64,000 nucleotides of DNA, from positions 4,448,001 to 4,512,000 of the forward strand of contig OY760937.1 in NCBI GenBank assembly GCA_963664225.1, written 5' to 3'. The notes under the pieces were generated by a model. The model was not told the DNA's origin, did no database searches, and worked only from the letters and a program-made list of their open reading frames with translations. The position numbers and the translations under genes are program-made. This DNA comes from Verrucomicrobiia bacterium. GTDB lineage: Bacteria > Verrucomicrobiota > Verrucomicrobiia > Limisphaerales > UBA1319. Positions 1 through 11,042 of this stretch are shown here, piece after piece (the stretch's first letter is position 1; the number at the start of each line of letters is the position of its first letter).

Positions 1-182
1 TTGGGTTCATGGGATGCCGGGAGTGCAAAAGTTTTGGATGCGTGATAGAATTCTTTTGTGAAAAAGCAATATAACTCGGAGACCTGCTGTATCCTTGGTT
101 TCCAACTGGTTTGCGAGGCGGATTTCGAACCAGTGGAATTGGAGCGGTGGCGAATGAAAACCGTCTGAGTATTCCCTCGAAT

Positions 183-228
183 GCGGATTGGAAATCCGCG
201 ATACGGCAGGCTGGAAGCCTGCGCTACG
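183..228 (-). repeat. REP-like palindromic element (GTAG type), copy 1
   Basis: GCGGATTGGAAATCCGCGATACGGCAGGCTGGAAGCCTGCGCTACG forms two hairpins; the minus strand begins CGTAGCGCAG; a related copy lies at 8880-8925. Confidence 0.75.
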
Positions 229-308
229 AGGGGGGGAGAGGCAGCGCGACTACGTTTCATGCTGTCATCCTCTCGAATTCTGTTCTGCGTCCACATGTTT
301 TAGGGGTA

Positions 309-1427
309 TCACTTTTGCCCGGATTCCTTCAAAAGCGCGTGATAGAGACCGTGAATGAAGGCGATATTGTCGATGCAGGCATAGTGCATTGCGCCGCCCA
401 TGCGCGAATAGCTTTTGCAGAACCTCAAGTAGTAGGCTGGGTTGGTCTTTGGCGGTTCGCCCTGGGCCCAATCCCACTGGCCGCCGTCCTGGAGGTCCAC
501 CACGTAAATGGAATGATCATGGAGCGTGGGGCGATTCTCCTGCAGACGCAGGTTGTTGACGCAGCTCACGCTTTTTTCAAATACCTGCGGCCCCATGATG
601 GCGCTGCCCACGGAGAGAACCACCCCATGGTCCAATTGCTCCACAGCCGAGGCGAAATAGCGGAAATCCAGACCGGCGGCGCGCCCGATGACGGCGCCAT
701 TAAACATGGGATGGTTGGTGATGATGTCGTAACCGATCCCGGGATGGACGGTGAGCGGCACACCATGACGGTAGGCGCTGGCGAGGACAGAGGCGTGTTT
801 CCAGGGGTGAGATACGGTGTGGTGTCCGGCTTCCAACTGGTGCGCGAGCATGGCCTGGAGGAGGTCCGCCAGGGCGGGCGCGAGTGGATGACCGGGGTTT
901 GTGCGCAGGTTTTGCTCGAGGGATTCAATGGTGGGCAGGTTGGCGCCGTCCTCGAATATAAACCGGCCCAAGGCTCTGCCGTAACCTTCCTCACGCATTC
1001 CGCCGACGAGCAACGCCAGGTGGATGTTGCGCCCGGTTTCGTTCCAGGTGCCGAAGGTGCCGTTGGCCACGTTGTCGCGAACGCTCTCGGTCGATTTGCC
1101 CTGGAAAGCGTATTCCCAGTCGTGAATGGTTCCCGCGCCATTGGTGGCCAGATGCGTGATCCAGCCACGAACCATCATTTGCTCCAAAATCAACGCGGCG
1201 CCATTGCGCAGGAGATGCGCGCCGTAAATCAGCATCACGGTGGCCTGACGGGTGCGGGCCTCGAGAATCTGGCGGGCGCATTGCGTGATCAACGGACGGA
1301 TTGCGTCAGGGCAGGGCGGGGGTTGGGCGGCGGGAACGCGCAGGACATCCTCGAGTCGGCACAAGCTATGGCGTTGCGCCAGAGGCAGAACGTTCAATCG
1401 GTCCATTGGAAACGGCGAGCTGTTCAT
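309..1427 (-). CDS. Deoxyhypusine synthase-like (DHS/GSU2086-like) protein
   Basis: 372-aa ORF with YGAHLL, THLATNGAGTIHD, LTVHPGIGYDII and SVGSAIMGPQVFEK motifs typical of bacterial DHS-like proteins. Confidence 0.6.
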   Translation of the reverse strand: MNSSPFPMDRLNVLPLAQRHSLCRLEDVLRVPAAQPPPCPDAIRPLITQCARQILEARTRQATVMLIYGAHLLRNGAALILEQMMVRGWITHLATNGAGTIHDWEYAFQGKSTESVRDNVANGTFGTWNETGRNIHLALLVGGMREEGYGRALGRFIFEDGANLPTIESLEQNLRTNPGHPLAPALADLLQAMLAHQLEAGHHTVSHPWKHASVLASAYRHGVPLTVHPGIGYDIITNHPMFNGAVIGRAAGLDFRYFASAVEQLDHGVVLSVGSAIMGPQVFEKSVSCVNNLRLQENRPTLHDHSIYVVDLQDGGQWDWAQGEPPKTNPAYYLRFCKSYSRMGGAMHYACIDNIAFIHGLYHALLKESGQK

Positions 1428-1728
1428 GGCAAATAAAGTGTCCCGGCAAATGGGTTGGCCGGATGCCCAATAATGAAGTCGGGCCGAAAAATCACAAGCC
1501 CCTTCGTGCAGGCGGTTCTTGTGAGGGCGAAAGCTAATTTCAAAGCTGTTTTATCGTCCAATGGCATGAATAATGCTATTTTTCAAGGTCGGGAACAATG
1601 GACCCGACGGAGGGCATGGTCGCCAATGCAACGGGCAGTTGAGAGGTTTGGGCGGGTTGGCTGGGTACGTTCGCCAGAGACTTCTTCATTGCACTGCATT
1701 CGGTTTAACAATGGAGCCGTTCAACATT

Positions 1729-2916
1729 ATGAACAGAACACTCGCGGTTATCCTGGGGAAGCCATCACGTTCGGACACCTGCAAAATTGATCGACGCCAA
1801 CCCATCTCGCGATGGAACCTCTTCCCGGCAATACTTGTTTTGCTGGGGGTGGTAGTCGTGGGGAAGGCTGAGACGAACGACTCTTATATTTACTCGATAT
1901 GGAACGGAACCGTAACCATCAATAAATATATCGGTTCCGGAGGCAATGTTACCATTCCAGATAAGATATTGGACATCTCTGTCACGAGGATTTCGCCCGG
2001 GGTTTTCTTTCAAAATACAAACCTCACGAGTGTCACGCTGCCTGATAGCGTTACAAACGTCATGGACCTGGCGTTTGCAAGGTGTACATCGCTGACGAAC
2101 ATTATCTTCGGCAACAGCGTGACCGCCCTCGGGAATGAGATATGTGCAGGTTGCAGTCGTCTCACATCTGTCGCGATTCCAAGTAATGTCATCAGCCTGG
2201 GCTATGGTGCGTTTACCAACTGCAGCAGCCTTACCAATATCATCCTTCCCAATACGCTCGCGAGCATCGGAAGTGGAGCATTCTCACGGTGCGCGAGTCT
2301 GACACGGATCACGCTACCCGGCAGCATCACCAGTTTTGGATCGCGCATTTTCGACAGCAGCAGCAATCTGACGAGCGTCTATTTTGAAGGAAATGCCCCA
2401 ATCCCAGTCCCCTCGCTGCTGTTTACAAACGCAAACCAGGTCACGGTGTATTACCATCCCGAGACTTTCGACTGGGAATCCACCTACGCGGGTCGGCCAA
2501 CGGCAATCTGGTGGATTCATCCACCCTCCTACTTGGAATGGTCCCGGGCCTGGTATCTGCCATGCAAGTATCCAGACACCACTGCAGAGACGGACGATCC
2601 AGATCATGACGGCATGAACAACCTCCAGGAAATGCAGGCGGGCACCGATCCCACCAAACCGAAATCAGTGCTAAAAATGGAACGTGAGCCACGCCCCAAT
2701 GACTTGTTTGATTCTGATAAAACGCCCATGCGCCTGGATGCATTTGCCCTTTACCTGCAAACCGTCCCGGGCAAACAATACCTGGTCCAGAGCGTGAATG
2801 CGTTTGGGGGCGAATGGCAGAACGTGACCAATGTCATCGCCACCACCACGCAAAAGCGGGTCGTGGTCCATAAACCGGTCGATCAGGCATTTTACCGGGT
2901 GATACTGGTTCCTTAA
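1729..2916 (+). CDS. BspA-type leucine-rich repeat (LRR_5) surface protein with C-terminal FYR domain
   Basis: Repeats of AFxxCxSLTxIxLPxSxTxIG; DDPDHDGMNNLQEMQAGTDP Ca-binding-like motif; ends QAFYRVILVP; start uncertain (1711 or 1729). Confidence 0.85.
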   Translation: MNRTLAVILGKPSRSDTCKIDRRQPISRWNLFPAILVLLGVVVVGKAETNDSYIYSIWNGTVTINKYIGSGGNVTIPDKILDISVTRISPGVFFQNTNLTSVTLPDSVTNVMDLAFARCTSLTNIIFGNSVTALGNEICAGCSRLTSVAIPSNVISLGYGAFTNCSSLTNIILPNTLASIGSGAFSRCASLTRITLPGSITSFGSRIFDSSSNLTSVYFEGNAPIPVPSLLFTNANQVTVYYHPETFDWESTYAGRPTAIWWIHPPSYLEWSRAWYLPCKYPDTTAETDDPDHDGMNNLQEMQAGTDPTKPKSVLKMEREPRPNDLFDSDKTPMRLDAFALYLQTVPGKQYLVQSVNAFGGEWQNVTNVIATTTQKRVVVHKPVDQAFYRVILVP

Positions 2917-3040
2917 GAATCCCGTTTTCAACGTTCTGAGTGTTCTCTATTCAGCGGGTTTTGTCAGAATGCCGCCACGTCCCGCAGGGTGGCGGGAATT
3001 TTAGGTGGATCATTCCGGGTGGCGCTGTTAAAGTGCGCCC

Positions 3041-3856
3041 ATGTCTTCTGGAATCAAGATTGGCTTTTTGGGAGCCGGGAAAATGGCCACCGCATTGGCC
3101 AAAGGTTTTATCCGAGCCGGATTGGTATCCGCGGAAAATGTAATGGCCGGAGATCTCTCGCCCGCCGCGCGTGAAGCGTTTGCGAAAGAGACCGGCGCTC
3201 AAGTGGCGGCCTCCAACACCGATGTGGCGCGTTTCGCGCAAATCCTGGTTCTGGCGGTCAAGCCCGCGCATGTTGCCGAGGCGCTCAGCCAGATTCGCGC
3301 TTTCTTTACCGACCAGCATCTGCTGATTTCCATCGCCGCCGGGGTTAGCATCAAAACCGTTACCGACGCGCTCTTTGAAACCGCCCGCGTCATTCGCGTG
3401 ATGCCCAACACGCCGGCTTTGGTGGGCGCATCGGCCACGGGTTACGCCCTGGGCGCATCGGCCACGCCGCTGGACGCCACCCTGGCGCAGAGGCTTTTTT
3501 CCTCCGTCGGCATTGCCTTCGAACTCAAGGAAAACCTGTTGGACGCCGTGACCGGTTTGAGCGGAAGCGGCCCGGCCTACGTGTATCTGATGATCGAGGC
3601 CTTGAGCGACGGTGGTGTGGCGGCGGGGTTGCCGCGGGACATTGCCACGCGACTGGCCGCGCAAACTCTGCTGGGCAGCGCCCGCATGGTGTTGGAGACG
3701 GGGCTGCACCCGGGCGTATTGAAAGACATGGTGACCAGTCCCGGCGGCACCACCATTGAGGGCGTCCATGAATTGGAACTGGCCGGAGTGCGGGGGGCGT
3801 TGATCACTGCCGTGCGCGCCGCAGCGGAAAAATCCCAGAAACTGGGCCGCAAATAA
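3041..3856 (+). CDS. proC: Pyrroline-5-carboxylate reductase
   Basis: GFLGAGKMA, LAVKP, RVMPNTP, GLSGSGPAY and VTSPGGTT signature motifs. Confidence 0.97.
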   Translation: MSSGIKIGFLGAGKMATALAKGFIRAGLVSAENVMAGDLSPAAREAFAKETGAQVAASNTDVARFAQILVLAVKPAHVAEALSQIRAFFTDQHLLISIAAGVSIKTVTDALFETARVIRVMPNTPALVGASATGYALGASATPLDATLAQRLFSSVGIAFELKENLLDAVTGLSGSGPAYVYLMIEALSDGGVAAGLPRDIATRLAAQTLLGSARMVLETGLHPGVLKDMVTSPGGTTIEGVHELELAGVRGALITAVRAAAEKSQKLGRK

Positions 3857-4986
3857 TGGAATTTCCATCCCCATCCCCCAAGCAGGGGCGCATCCTTTGG
3901 GCCTGCGTGACCGCGCTTTCGATCGCCATATTGGCGACATTGGTGGTGATGCTGTTCTGGGGATTCGGCTGGGTATTGAACCGCCTATCCTCCGTTCTGC
4001 TGCCGTTGGCCGTGGCTGGCATTCTGGCCTACCTGATCGACCCCATCGTCGATTTTTTCGAGAATCGCCACGTTCCACGACCGCGGGCCATTTTGCTGGT
4101 GTTCTTTTTGGGTCTCATGGCGGTGATGATTCTCCTGGGCACCGTGGTTCCAAAGCTGATGGTGGAGACCGGCCAATTGATTGACCAATTCCCCGAGTAT
4201 TCCAAAAAAATCAACCTCCAGATTAGCGAGAAACTGGCCACCACACACTGGGGCATGCGAGCCCGGGAAGTCTGGGAAGGGCAGTTCGGCGAGACCGCAC
4301 GCCAGTGGTTGACCAAGGTGGCGCCGGCCGTTTCGACCTGGACTCTGACGCAGTTGACCAAGGTCGCATCCTGGGCGGGATTGGTCGTGGGCTTTGCGCT
4401 GGTGCCGGTCTATCTGTTTTATTTTCTTTTGGAAAAAACCGGCATTTCAAAACATTGGACCGATTACCTGCCCATCCGGGAATCGGGCATCAAGCAGGAA
4501 GTCGTCTTTGTCCTTAACGCGATCAACGATTGCATGATCGTTTTCTTTCGCGGCCAGATCCTTGTGGCGTTGTGCGACGGCGTATTGTTGACCATTGGTT
4601 TCATGGCGCTGGGTCTCAATTACGCGTTGCTGCTCGGACTGGGCGCGGGCCTGCTTTCCGTGATCCCCTATCTGGGCATCATGGTCAGCATCATACCCGC
4701 TGTTCTGCTGGCCGCGGTGGAATTCGGCGATTGGCTCCATCCCTTGCTGGTGGTGGCGGTATTCGTCGTGGTACAGATGCTCGAGGGCCTCTTCATTTCA
4801 CCCAAGATCATGGGGGACCGTGTGGGGCTGCATCCGCTGACGATCATTGTGGCGGTGATGGTGGGCACCACTTTGTTGGGCGGAATTCTGGGGGGCGTGC
4901 TCGCGATTCCTTTGACCGCCGCATTGCGGGTGTTGATGTTTCGCTACGTCTGGACCGATCGAACCACAACCATCCCGGGACACTGA
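3856..4986 (+). CDS. AI-2E family transporter
   Basis: Polytopic membrane protein with LAYLIDPIV, FFRGQ, IPYLG and PKIMGDRVGLHP motifs; translationally coupled to proC (TAATG). Confidence 0.9.
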   Translation: MEFPSPSPKQGRILWACVTALSIAILATLVVMLFWGFGWVLNRLSSVLLPLAVAGILAYLIDPIVDFFENRHVPRPRAILLVFFLGLMAVMILLGTVVPKLMVETGQLIDQFPEYSKKINLQISEKLATTHWGMRAREVWEGQFGETARQWLTKVAPAVSTWTLTQLTKVASWAGLVVGFALVPVYLFYFLLEKTGISKHWTDYLPIRESGIKQEVVFVLNAINDCMIVFFRGQILVALCDGVLLTIGFMALGLNYALLLGLGAGLLSVIPYLGIMVSIIPAVLLAAVEFGDWLHPLLVVAVFVVVQMLEGLFISPKIMGDRVGLHPLTIIVAVMVGTTLLGGILGGVLAIPLTAALRVLMFRYVWTDRTTTIPGH

Positions 4987-4999
4987 TCCTTAAAGCTGC

Positions 5000-5980
5000 A
5001 TGAGAACGCAACGCCTCCATTCCAAAATTACTTGGACCGGCCGTTGCGCGGCATTCGCAGTTTGGGCGCTGGCGCTATGGCTGGTCGTCGCCCAGGCGAC
5101 CGCGGCTGACACCTTCACCGTGGCGACCTACAATCTGGAGAATTACCTGATCGCGCCGCAGGAAACGAGGGAGGCCAAACCGATCGAAGCGCGCGCGCGG
5201 ATTCAGGAGACCCTCAAGGCGCTCAATGCGGATGTGCTCGCCTTGCAGGAAGTGGGAGGGACGGCGGCCCTGGCTGAACTGCGCGCCGCTCTGGAAAAGG
5301 AGGGTCTCCATTATCCGCAGTGGGAAATCATCCAGGGGCCGGATCCGCTCATAAACATCGCCGTTCTGAGCCGGTATCCCATTATTGCGCGCCGACCGCA
5401 TCCTGATGAATCCTTTCTCTTGAATGGCCGTCGATTTAAGGTCAGCCGTGGCTTTGCCGAAGTGGACATCCGCGTCAACGCCCACTACGCCTTCACCTTG
5501 ATCACAGCGCACTTGAAATCACGCCGACCCGTGCCACAAGCCGATGAAGGCGATCTTCGTGAACAGGAAGGGCTGCGCCTGCGCGAGATCATCGACGCCC
5601 GTCTCGCCGCCAATCCCGAGCTTAACCTTCTGGTTGCGGGCGATCTCAACGATGTGAAATCCGCGCCCTCCACCCATGCGGTGCTGGGAAAAGGCAAAAC
5701 GGCGTTGATCGATCTGCGCCCGACGGAACATGAAGAAGACACGGCGGAATACCGCGCCAGAAACCGGTCCTTGCGGCATGTGACATGGACCTACTTCTAC
5801 GCCAAGGAAGACACCTATAGCCGGATCGATTTCATCCTCACCAGTCGTGGCATGGCGCGGGACTGCTACCGCAAGGAAACACAGGTGCTGGCCCTGCCAT
5901 ATTGGGGTGAGGCCTCGGATCACAGGCCCGTCATCGCCAGCTTCTTCGCCGGGAGCCGCTCGAAGGCTGCCGCAGAATGA
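5000..5980 (+). CDS. Secreted endonuclease/exonuclease/phosphatase family protein
   Basis: Signal peptide; ATYNLEN, LALQEV, HLKS, GDLND, RIDFIL and SDHRPV EEP motifs. Confidence 0.9.
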   Translation: MRTQRLHSKITWTGRCAAFAVWALALWLVVAQATAADTFTVATYNLENYLIAPQETREAKPIEARARIQETLKALNADVLALQEVGGTAALAELRAALEKEGLHYPQWEIIQGPDPLINIAVLSRYPIIARRPHPDESFLLNGRRFKVSRGFAEVDIRVNAHYAFTLITAHLKSRRPVPQADEGDLREQEGLRLREIIDARLAANPELNLLVAGDLNDVKSAPSTHAVLGKGKTALIDLRPTEHEEDTAEYRARNRSLRHVTWTYFYAKEDTYSRIDFILTSRGMARDCYRKETQVLALPYWGEASDHRPVIASFFAGSRSKAAAE

Positions 5981-6363
5981 TGTCCGCAACCTCGCAACAA
6001 CCCGCCCTGAACTTGCGCATGACTGCAATCGCCCTCCTGGGAATGGCACTTGCGCTGGTTTTGGCGCGGCTGACGGTGCAGGGTTGGGTGGCGCTGCCGG
6101 TTTGCGGCTGGCGCTGGCTGACGGGGATTCCTTGCCCCTTGTGCGGCGGCGTCCGCTGCCTCGATGCCCTGAGCCACGGGCAACTTCTTCGGGCGCTTGC
6201 TCTCAATCCCATGGTGTTTTTGGGATGCGTCGGCGGGCTGGCCTGGGCCTTCAATTCAGGGCTGCGGCATTGGCTGCAAACAAAATCTCCCGCGCGTTGG
6301 GGTCGCTGGATCGTCCTGGCCGCTGTAATCAACTGGGTTTATTTGATTGCTGTTTCGCGATGA
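5977..6363 (+). CDS. DUF2752-like membrane protein
   Basis: C....TGIPCPLCGGVR...ALALNP motif plus hydrophobic helices; ATGA overlap with the upstream gene. Confidence 0.75.
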   Translation: MMSATSQQPALNLRMTAIALLGMALALVLARLTVQGWVALPVCGWRWLTGIPCPLCGGVRCLDALSHGQLLRALALNPMVFLGCVGGLAWAFNSGLRHWLQTKSPARWGRWIVLAAVINWVYLIAVSR

Positions 6364-6467
6364 AGACCTTTGCAGGAATTCTTGCGTGTGGATTTGGAGT
6401 TTGATTCATAGCCGGTTTACGTATAGGAATAAGCTTCGGGCTGGACGATTTCACCGATTATTCGCTC

Positions 6468-7418
6468 ATGAATTTTAACTGCAAATGGGTTTTGTGGCTG
6501 CCGATCCTGGCGCTTTGCATGGGGTCAGGCTGTTCCGCGCGCAAATTCGCCGTGAACAAATTGGGCGACGCCCTGTCCCAGGGCGGGTCGTCCTATGCGA
6601 GCGATGACGATCCGGAGTTGGTGAAGCAGGCCATTCCTTTCAGTCTGAAACTGGTCGAAAGCCTTCTGTCGGAAAGTCCAAAGCATCAAGGGCTATTGCT
6701 GGCGGCCTGCCAGGGTTTCACCCAATACGGTTACGCGTTTGTCCAGGAGGATGCCGACGAGTTGGAAAGCCAGAACCTGACCGCTTCCACCGCAATGCGT
6801 GAACGCGCCCGCCGACTCTATGCGCGAGCGACGCGCTATGGTATGCGAGGTCTGGAAGGGCGGTATCCAGGTTTCGAGAAGGCGCTCCGGGCGGATGCAA
6901 AGACGGCCGTGGCCCGGCTGAACCGGCGTGACGTTCCCTTGGTTTACTGGACCACCGTCTCGTGGGCCGCGGGGATCGCCCTCTCGAAGGACAGGCCGGA
7001 AACCATTGCGGATGTGCCGATTGTCCAGACATTGGCGGACCGAGCCGAGGCCCTCGATGCCGATTATGACCACGGTTCCCTCGAGTCCTTTTTGATCAGC
7101 TTCGAATCTGCCCGCACGGATCGTACCGGCAATCTGGACGCGCGCATCAAAAAGCACTTCGACCGGGCGATGGCGTTGAGCCAGAATCAACTGGCGGGAC
7201 CGCTGGTCTCGTATGCCGAAGCCGTTTCTGTGAAAAACCAGAACGTCAAAGAGTTTCAATCCCTGCTCCAACAGGCCCTGCAAATCAACCCGGACTCCAA
7301 ACCAGAGTGGCGCTTGATGAATCTGGTGACGCAGCGGCGGGCCCGCTGGCTGCTGTCCCGCACCGATGATCTGTTTTTGATTTCCGATGTTCCTGATGAA
7401 AAACCAGAGGTAAAATAA
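6468..7418 (+). CDS. TRAP transporter TatT component (lipoprotein)
   Basis: Lipobox-like GSGC; DDDPELVKQAIPFSLKLVESLL and GFTQYGYAFV; helical protein adjacent to a DctP gene. Confidence 0.85.
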   Translation: MNFNCKWVLWLPILALCMGSGCSARKFAVNKLGDALSQGGSSYASDDDPELVKQAIPFSLKLVESLLSESPKHQGLLLAACQGFTQYGYAFVQEDADELESQNLTASTAMRERARRLYARATRYGMRGLEGRYPGFEKALRADAKTAVARLNRRDVPLVYWTTVSWAAGIALSKDRPETIADVPIVQTLADRAEALDADYDHGSLESFLISFESARTDRTGNLDARIKKHFDRAMALSQNQLAGPLVSYAEAVSVKNQNVKEFQSLLQQALQINPDSKPEWRLMNLVTQRRARWLLSRTDDLFLISDVPDEKPEVK

Positions 7419-8476
7419 TGCGCACAAATTTCTTTCATACGGTGAATTCCTGTCTGGGACGCCTGGCCTGCATCGCTGGCGTGGCACTTGCCCTAGGGCT
7501 GGTGACATCGCAGCCCGCCCAGGCGGAAACCAAAGTCCGGCTGGCCACGCTTGCGCCCAAGGACACCTCCTACCATAAGAGCCTCCAGATGATGGGGGAC
7601 AAGTGGCGCCAGGCGTCCGGCGGAGCCGTCACGATGACGATTTACACCGACGGCACAATGGGGGGCGAGGCGGACATGGTTCGCCGCATGCGCGTGGGGC
7701 AGATCCAGGCGGCCATGCTCACGGTCAACGGGCTGATGCAGATCGACTCATCGGTCAGCAGCTTCCAAAACCTCCCGATGATGTTTCATGACATGGACGA
7801 AGCGGATTACGTTCGCGGGAAGCTGCAAGCCGGCATTGAGAAAAAGTTTTTCGATAAAGGTTTTGTGGTGCTCTTTTGGGGCGATGCGGGATGGATCAGT
7901 TTCTTTACGAGAAAAGAGGCCATTCGTCCGGAAGATTTTAAGAACCTGAAGATGTTCGTGGGGTCGGGAGACACCCCCACGGCGGACATCATCAAGGGTT
8001 TGGGGATCACTCCGGTGCCGCTGGAGCAGACGGATATTCTCACCGGCCTGCAAACCGGGCTCATCGACACCGTGCCGACCGTTCCATTTTACGCATTGGC
8101 GGGCCAGTTTTATCTGCCGGCCAGCCACATGGTCGAGGTGAAATGGGCTCCCCTGATTGGCGGCACCGTGATCACGAAAAAGGCGTGGGAATCCATTCCG
8201 GCCAATCAGCGCGAGGAGTTCAAGAAGGCGGCTGCGGAAGCCGGCGCGCAGATCAAGAACAGCAGCCGCATCGAGGAAGCCGAGTCCATCGCGGCGATGA
8301 AAAAACGGGGTTTGACGGTGCATCCCCTGACGCCCGAGGTGGCGGTGGAATGGCAGAACCTGGCCGAAAAGGTGTATCCGATGATCCGGGGCAAAATCGT
8401 GCCTGCCGACCTGTTCGATGAGGTGCAAAGCCTGCTCAAGGATTACCGCGCGGCGCATCCCGTGGCCAAAAAGTAA
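7418..8476 (+). CDS. dctP: TRAP transporter substrate-binding protein (DctP/TatP)
   Basis: RLATLAPK, GTMGGEADMVRRMRVGQIQAA and LQTGLID motifs; signal peptide. Confidence 0.88.
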   Translation: MRTNFFHTVNSCLGRLACIAGVALALGLVTSQPAQAETKVRLATLAPKDTSYHKSLQMMGDKWRQASGGAVTMTIYTDGTMGGEADMVRRMRVGQIQAAMLTVNGLMQIDSSVSSFQNLPMMFHDMDEADYVRGKLQAGIEKKFFDKGFVVLFWGDAGWISFFTRKEAIRPEDFKNLKMFVGSGDTPTADIIKGLGITPVPLEQTDILTGLQTGLIDTVPTVPFYALAGQFYLPASHMVEVKWAPLIGGTVITKKAWESIPANQREEFKKAAAEAGAQIKNSSRIEEAESIAAMKKRGLTVHPLTPEVAVEWQNLAEKVYPMIRGKIVPADLFDEVQSLLKDYRAAHPVAKK

Positions 8477-8879
8477 ACGACCGTAAACCGCAGCCTGGCC
8501 TGGATGCGGCCGGTGTTCCGTTTGTGAGGTCCGAACGCCTGGGCCGCGCAATCCATTCACGCGCCCTGAATGTTTTTGCTCACGCCCATTTGTTTCTCCT
8601 GCTGGCGGGTTGCCTGATGGACATTTTCTTCGCCATCGTGCGGGGACGTCCGGATAACCCGCAGAGGAGGCTGCCCGCGATACTAAAGGTGCTCCGGGTG
8701 GTGCATACCCGGCCTACAATGTGAAACTCGAACGACGCGCAGGGGTGCGCCCACAGTGTGGTTGGTTTTACGAAAGCGCACGGTCGGTTCATTCGGTTGG
8801 GTGAATCTCCAATGGCGTTTTAAGCCGTTTCCGCGAACTGGAGAAATTTGTGCGGCGCTCTGGGAATTTGAGACGGTTT

Positions 8880-8925
8880 GCGGATTGGAAATCCGCGATA
8901 CGGCAGCAACGGTGTCTGCGCTACG
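8880..8925 (-). repeat. REP-like palindromic element, copy 2
   Basis: GCGGATTGGAAATCCGCGATACGGCAG...CTGCGCTACG; matches 183-228 except inside the second hairpin. Confidence 0.75.
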
Positions 8926-9232
8926 GATCGGCCCGGATCGGCGGGCAGATGAGTGGCGCGAACTGAGTGGTTCATTGGCACCAGTAACAGCCTCGAGCCT
9001 GTTGGCTTTTGCGCAGGGGGTCGCCTTCGGCATTGTCCCCGTCATTCCGGTTGTTGTGCGCAAAAACCCTTGCTCCCGTCCATGAGACGGGGCAGGCTGG
9101 ATTCATGGCACCACTGAGAAACCGTTGTTTCATTGACCGCCCCGCCTTGGTCATCCTGCGCGGCCCAATAAACACCTTCCCATTCGCAGGATGCCTTTGT
9201 CCTTTCCGCAGGTTTCAAAACGATCGACGCGT

Positions 9233-10432
9233 ATGAAAAACTATTTTAAGACCTTTCCAAACCCGGCCGGCTTCTTTGGGGAATATGGCGGACGCTTCAT
9301 CCCCGAGGTGCTCGAAGTGGAGATGGAGAAGATCACCAACGCTTATTATTCCATCAGCAAATCGCATGAGTTCATTTCGGAATTGCGCAGCATCCGAAAG
9401 CACTTCCAGGGCAGGCCCACGCCGGTCTTCTTCTGCCGCAATTTATCCAACAAATACGGCGGGCGCATTTACCTCAAACGCGAGGACCTGAACCACACCG
9501 GCGCGCACAAGCTCAATCACTGCATGGGAGAGGCGCTGCTGGCCAAATACCTGGGCAAAAAGAAGCTCATCGCGGAAACCGGCGCGGGCCAGCATGGCGT
9601 GGCGTTGGCAACCGCCGCCGCCTATTTCGGCCTCAAATGCGAAATCCACATGGGCGAGGTGGATATCATCAAGGAACATCCCAACGTCATTCGGATGAAA
9701 ATATTGGGCGCAACAGTGGTTCCCGTGTCCCACGGTCTTAAGACCTTGAAGGAGGCCGTGGACTCCGCCTTCGGCGCCTATTTGCAGGATCCGGTCAACA
9801 GCATTTACTGCATCGGTTCCGTGGTGGGCCCGCATCCATTCCCGATGATGGTCCGGGACTTTCAACGCGTCGTCGGCATTGAAGCCAAAGAGCAGTTTCA
9901 GGAAATGACCGGCGAACTGCCCGATAATGTTGTGGCCTGCGTGGGCGGCGGCAGTAATGCAGCCGGGATATTCTCGGCGTTCATCGAAGACGAGGAGTGC
10001 GCGTTGTATGGAGTCGAGCCAGGCGGCCGCTCCATGAATCTGGGCGATCACGCGGCGACCATGTCGAAGGGCACGCCCGGCATCATCCACGGATTTAAAT
10101 GCTACACCTTGCAGGACGCCAAGGGCGAACCGGCCCCGGTCTATTCAGTCGCCAGCGGCCTCGATTACCCGGGCGTGGGTCCCGAACATTCCATGTGGAA
10201 GGACACCGGACGCGTCAACTATGTGGTTGCGAACGACAAGGAATCCATCGACGCCTTTTATGAACTGAGCCGCAGGGAGGGCATCATTCCCGCGCTCGAA
10301 AGCGCTCATGCCGTCGCTTACGCGTTTAAACTCGCGGCCAAAAATCCACGCCAGTCCATCCTCGTCAACCTGAGCGGTCGCGGGGATAAAGACATCGACT
10401 TCATTGTGGACCATTACGGCCTGCCCGAATAA
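9233..10432 (+). CDS. trpB: Tryptophan synthase beta chain
   Basis: [13 protein letters not shown] (PLP lysine), [27 protein letters not shown] and NLSGRGDKD. Confidence 0.97.
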   Translation: MKNYFKTFPNPAGFFGEYGGRFIPEVLEVEMEKITNAYYSISKSHEFISELRSIRKHFQGRPTPVFFCRNLSNKYGGRIYLKREDLNHTGAHKLNHCMGEALLAKYLGKKKLIAETGAGQHGVALATAAAYFGLKCEIHMGEVDIIKEHPNVIRMKILGATVVPVSHGLKTLKEAVDSAFGAYLQDPVNSIYCIGSVVGPHPFPMMVRDFQRVVGIEAKEQFQEMTGELPDNVVACVGGGSNAAGIFSAFIEDEECALYGVEPGGRSMNLGDHAATMSKGTPGIIHGFKCYTLQDAKGEPAPVYSVASGLDYPGVGPEHSMWKDTGRVNYVVANDKESIDAFYELSRREGIIPALESAHAVAYAFKLAAKNPRQSILVNLSGRGDKDIDFIVDHYGLPE

Positions 10433-10655
10433 TCGCGTTTACAGCGCGGTGTTCATGGTCCGAACGGCCATCGGATCTACACGGGAGCATTTGCGTTAAT
10501 AAACGACCGTTCGGGCCCTAAGACAAGGCCTTTGACGGCGGAATGTGTGGCGGATGTGTTGGTTCTTTTGTTGGTTTTTGTCGTGGATCATCCCCCATAT
10601 TTCACGATGTGGCAGGAAAACGGGCGGAAATCGACGAAGTGCAAAATACCCAATG

Positions 10656-10688
10656 AAAAAGGCCCTGAAACGAGTGTCTCAGGGCCTT
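10656..10688 (-). terminator. Rho-independent terminator downstream of tRNA-Met
   Basis: AAGGCCCTGA...TCAGGGCCTT inverted repeat followed by a U tract on the minus strand. Confidence 0.7.
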
Positions 10689-10692
10689 AAAT

Positions 10693-10769
<77 letters not shown>

Positions 10770-11042
10770 ATTAAGCGCAATGGAGAGCCTACAGAGGCGG
10801 TGGGGTGAGTGCAAGTTGTTTCGCAATTATTTTGAGACTCTTTCTCAGACGATGCGCGCTGGATCGGTTTTTGTGAGGTAACATGTTGCGCTGGTGGTCT
10901 TCCGGTCCCTGACAGGTTGAAATTTACAGCCCGTTACGCCAAAAGTAGCTGTTACCCGAAAGTGGGCTGGTTCGTTGAAAGGAATCTTGCGATTCATAGG
11001 CAATAGAGCATGATGCGCGGCGAACCACGTGATGAATAAACC

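Noticed and set aside
1..10. Possible start of a minus-strand gene leaving the window (CAT at 8-10)
   Set aside because: Too little sequence to support a call
111..1436. 441-aa plus-strand ORF
   Set aside because: Antisense shadow of the DHS-like gene; no recognisable motifs and it runs through a REP element
8524..9190. Small ORFs between dctP and trpB
   Set aside because: No motifs; they overlap palindromic repeats and do not resemble DctQ
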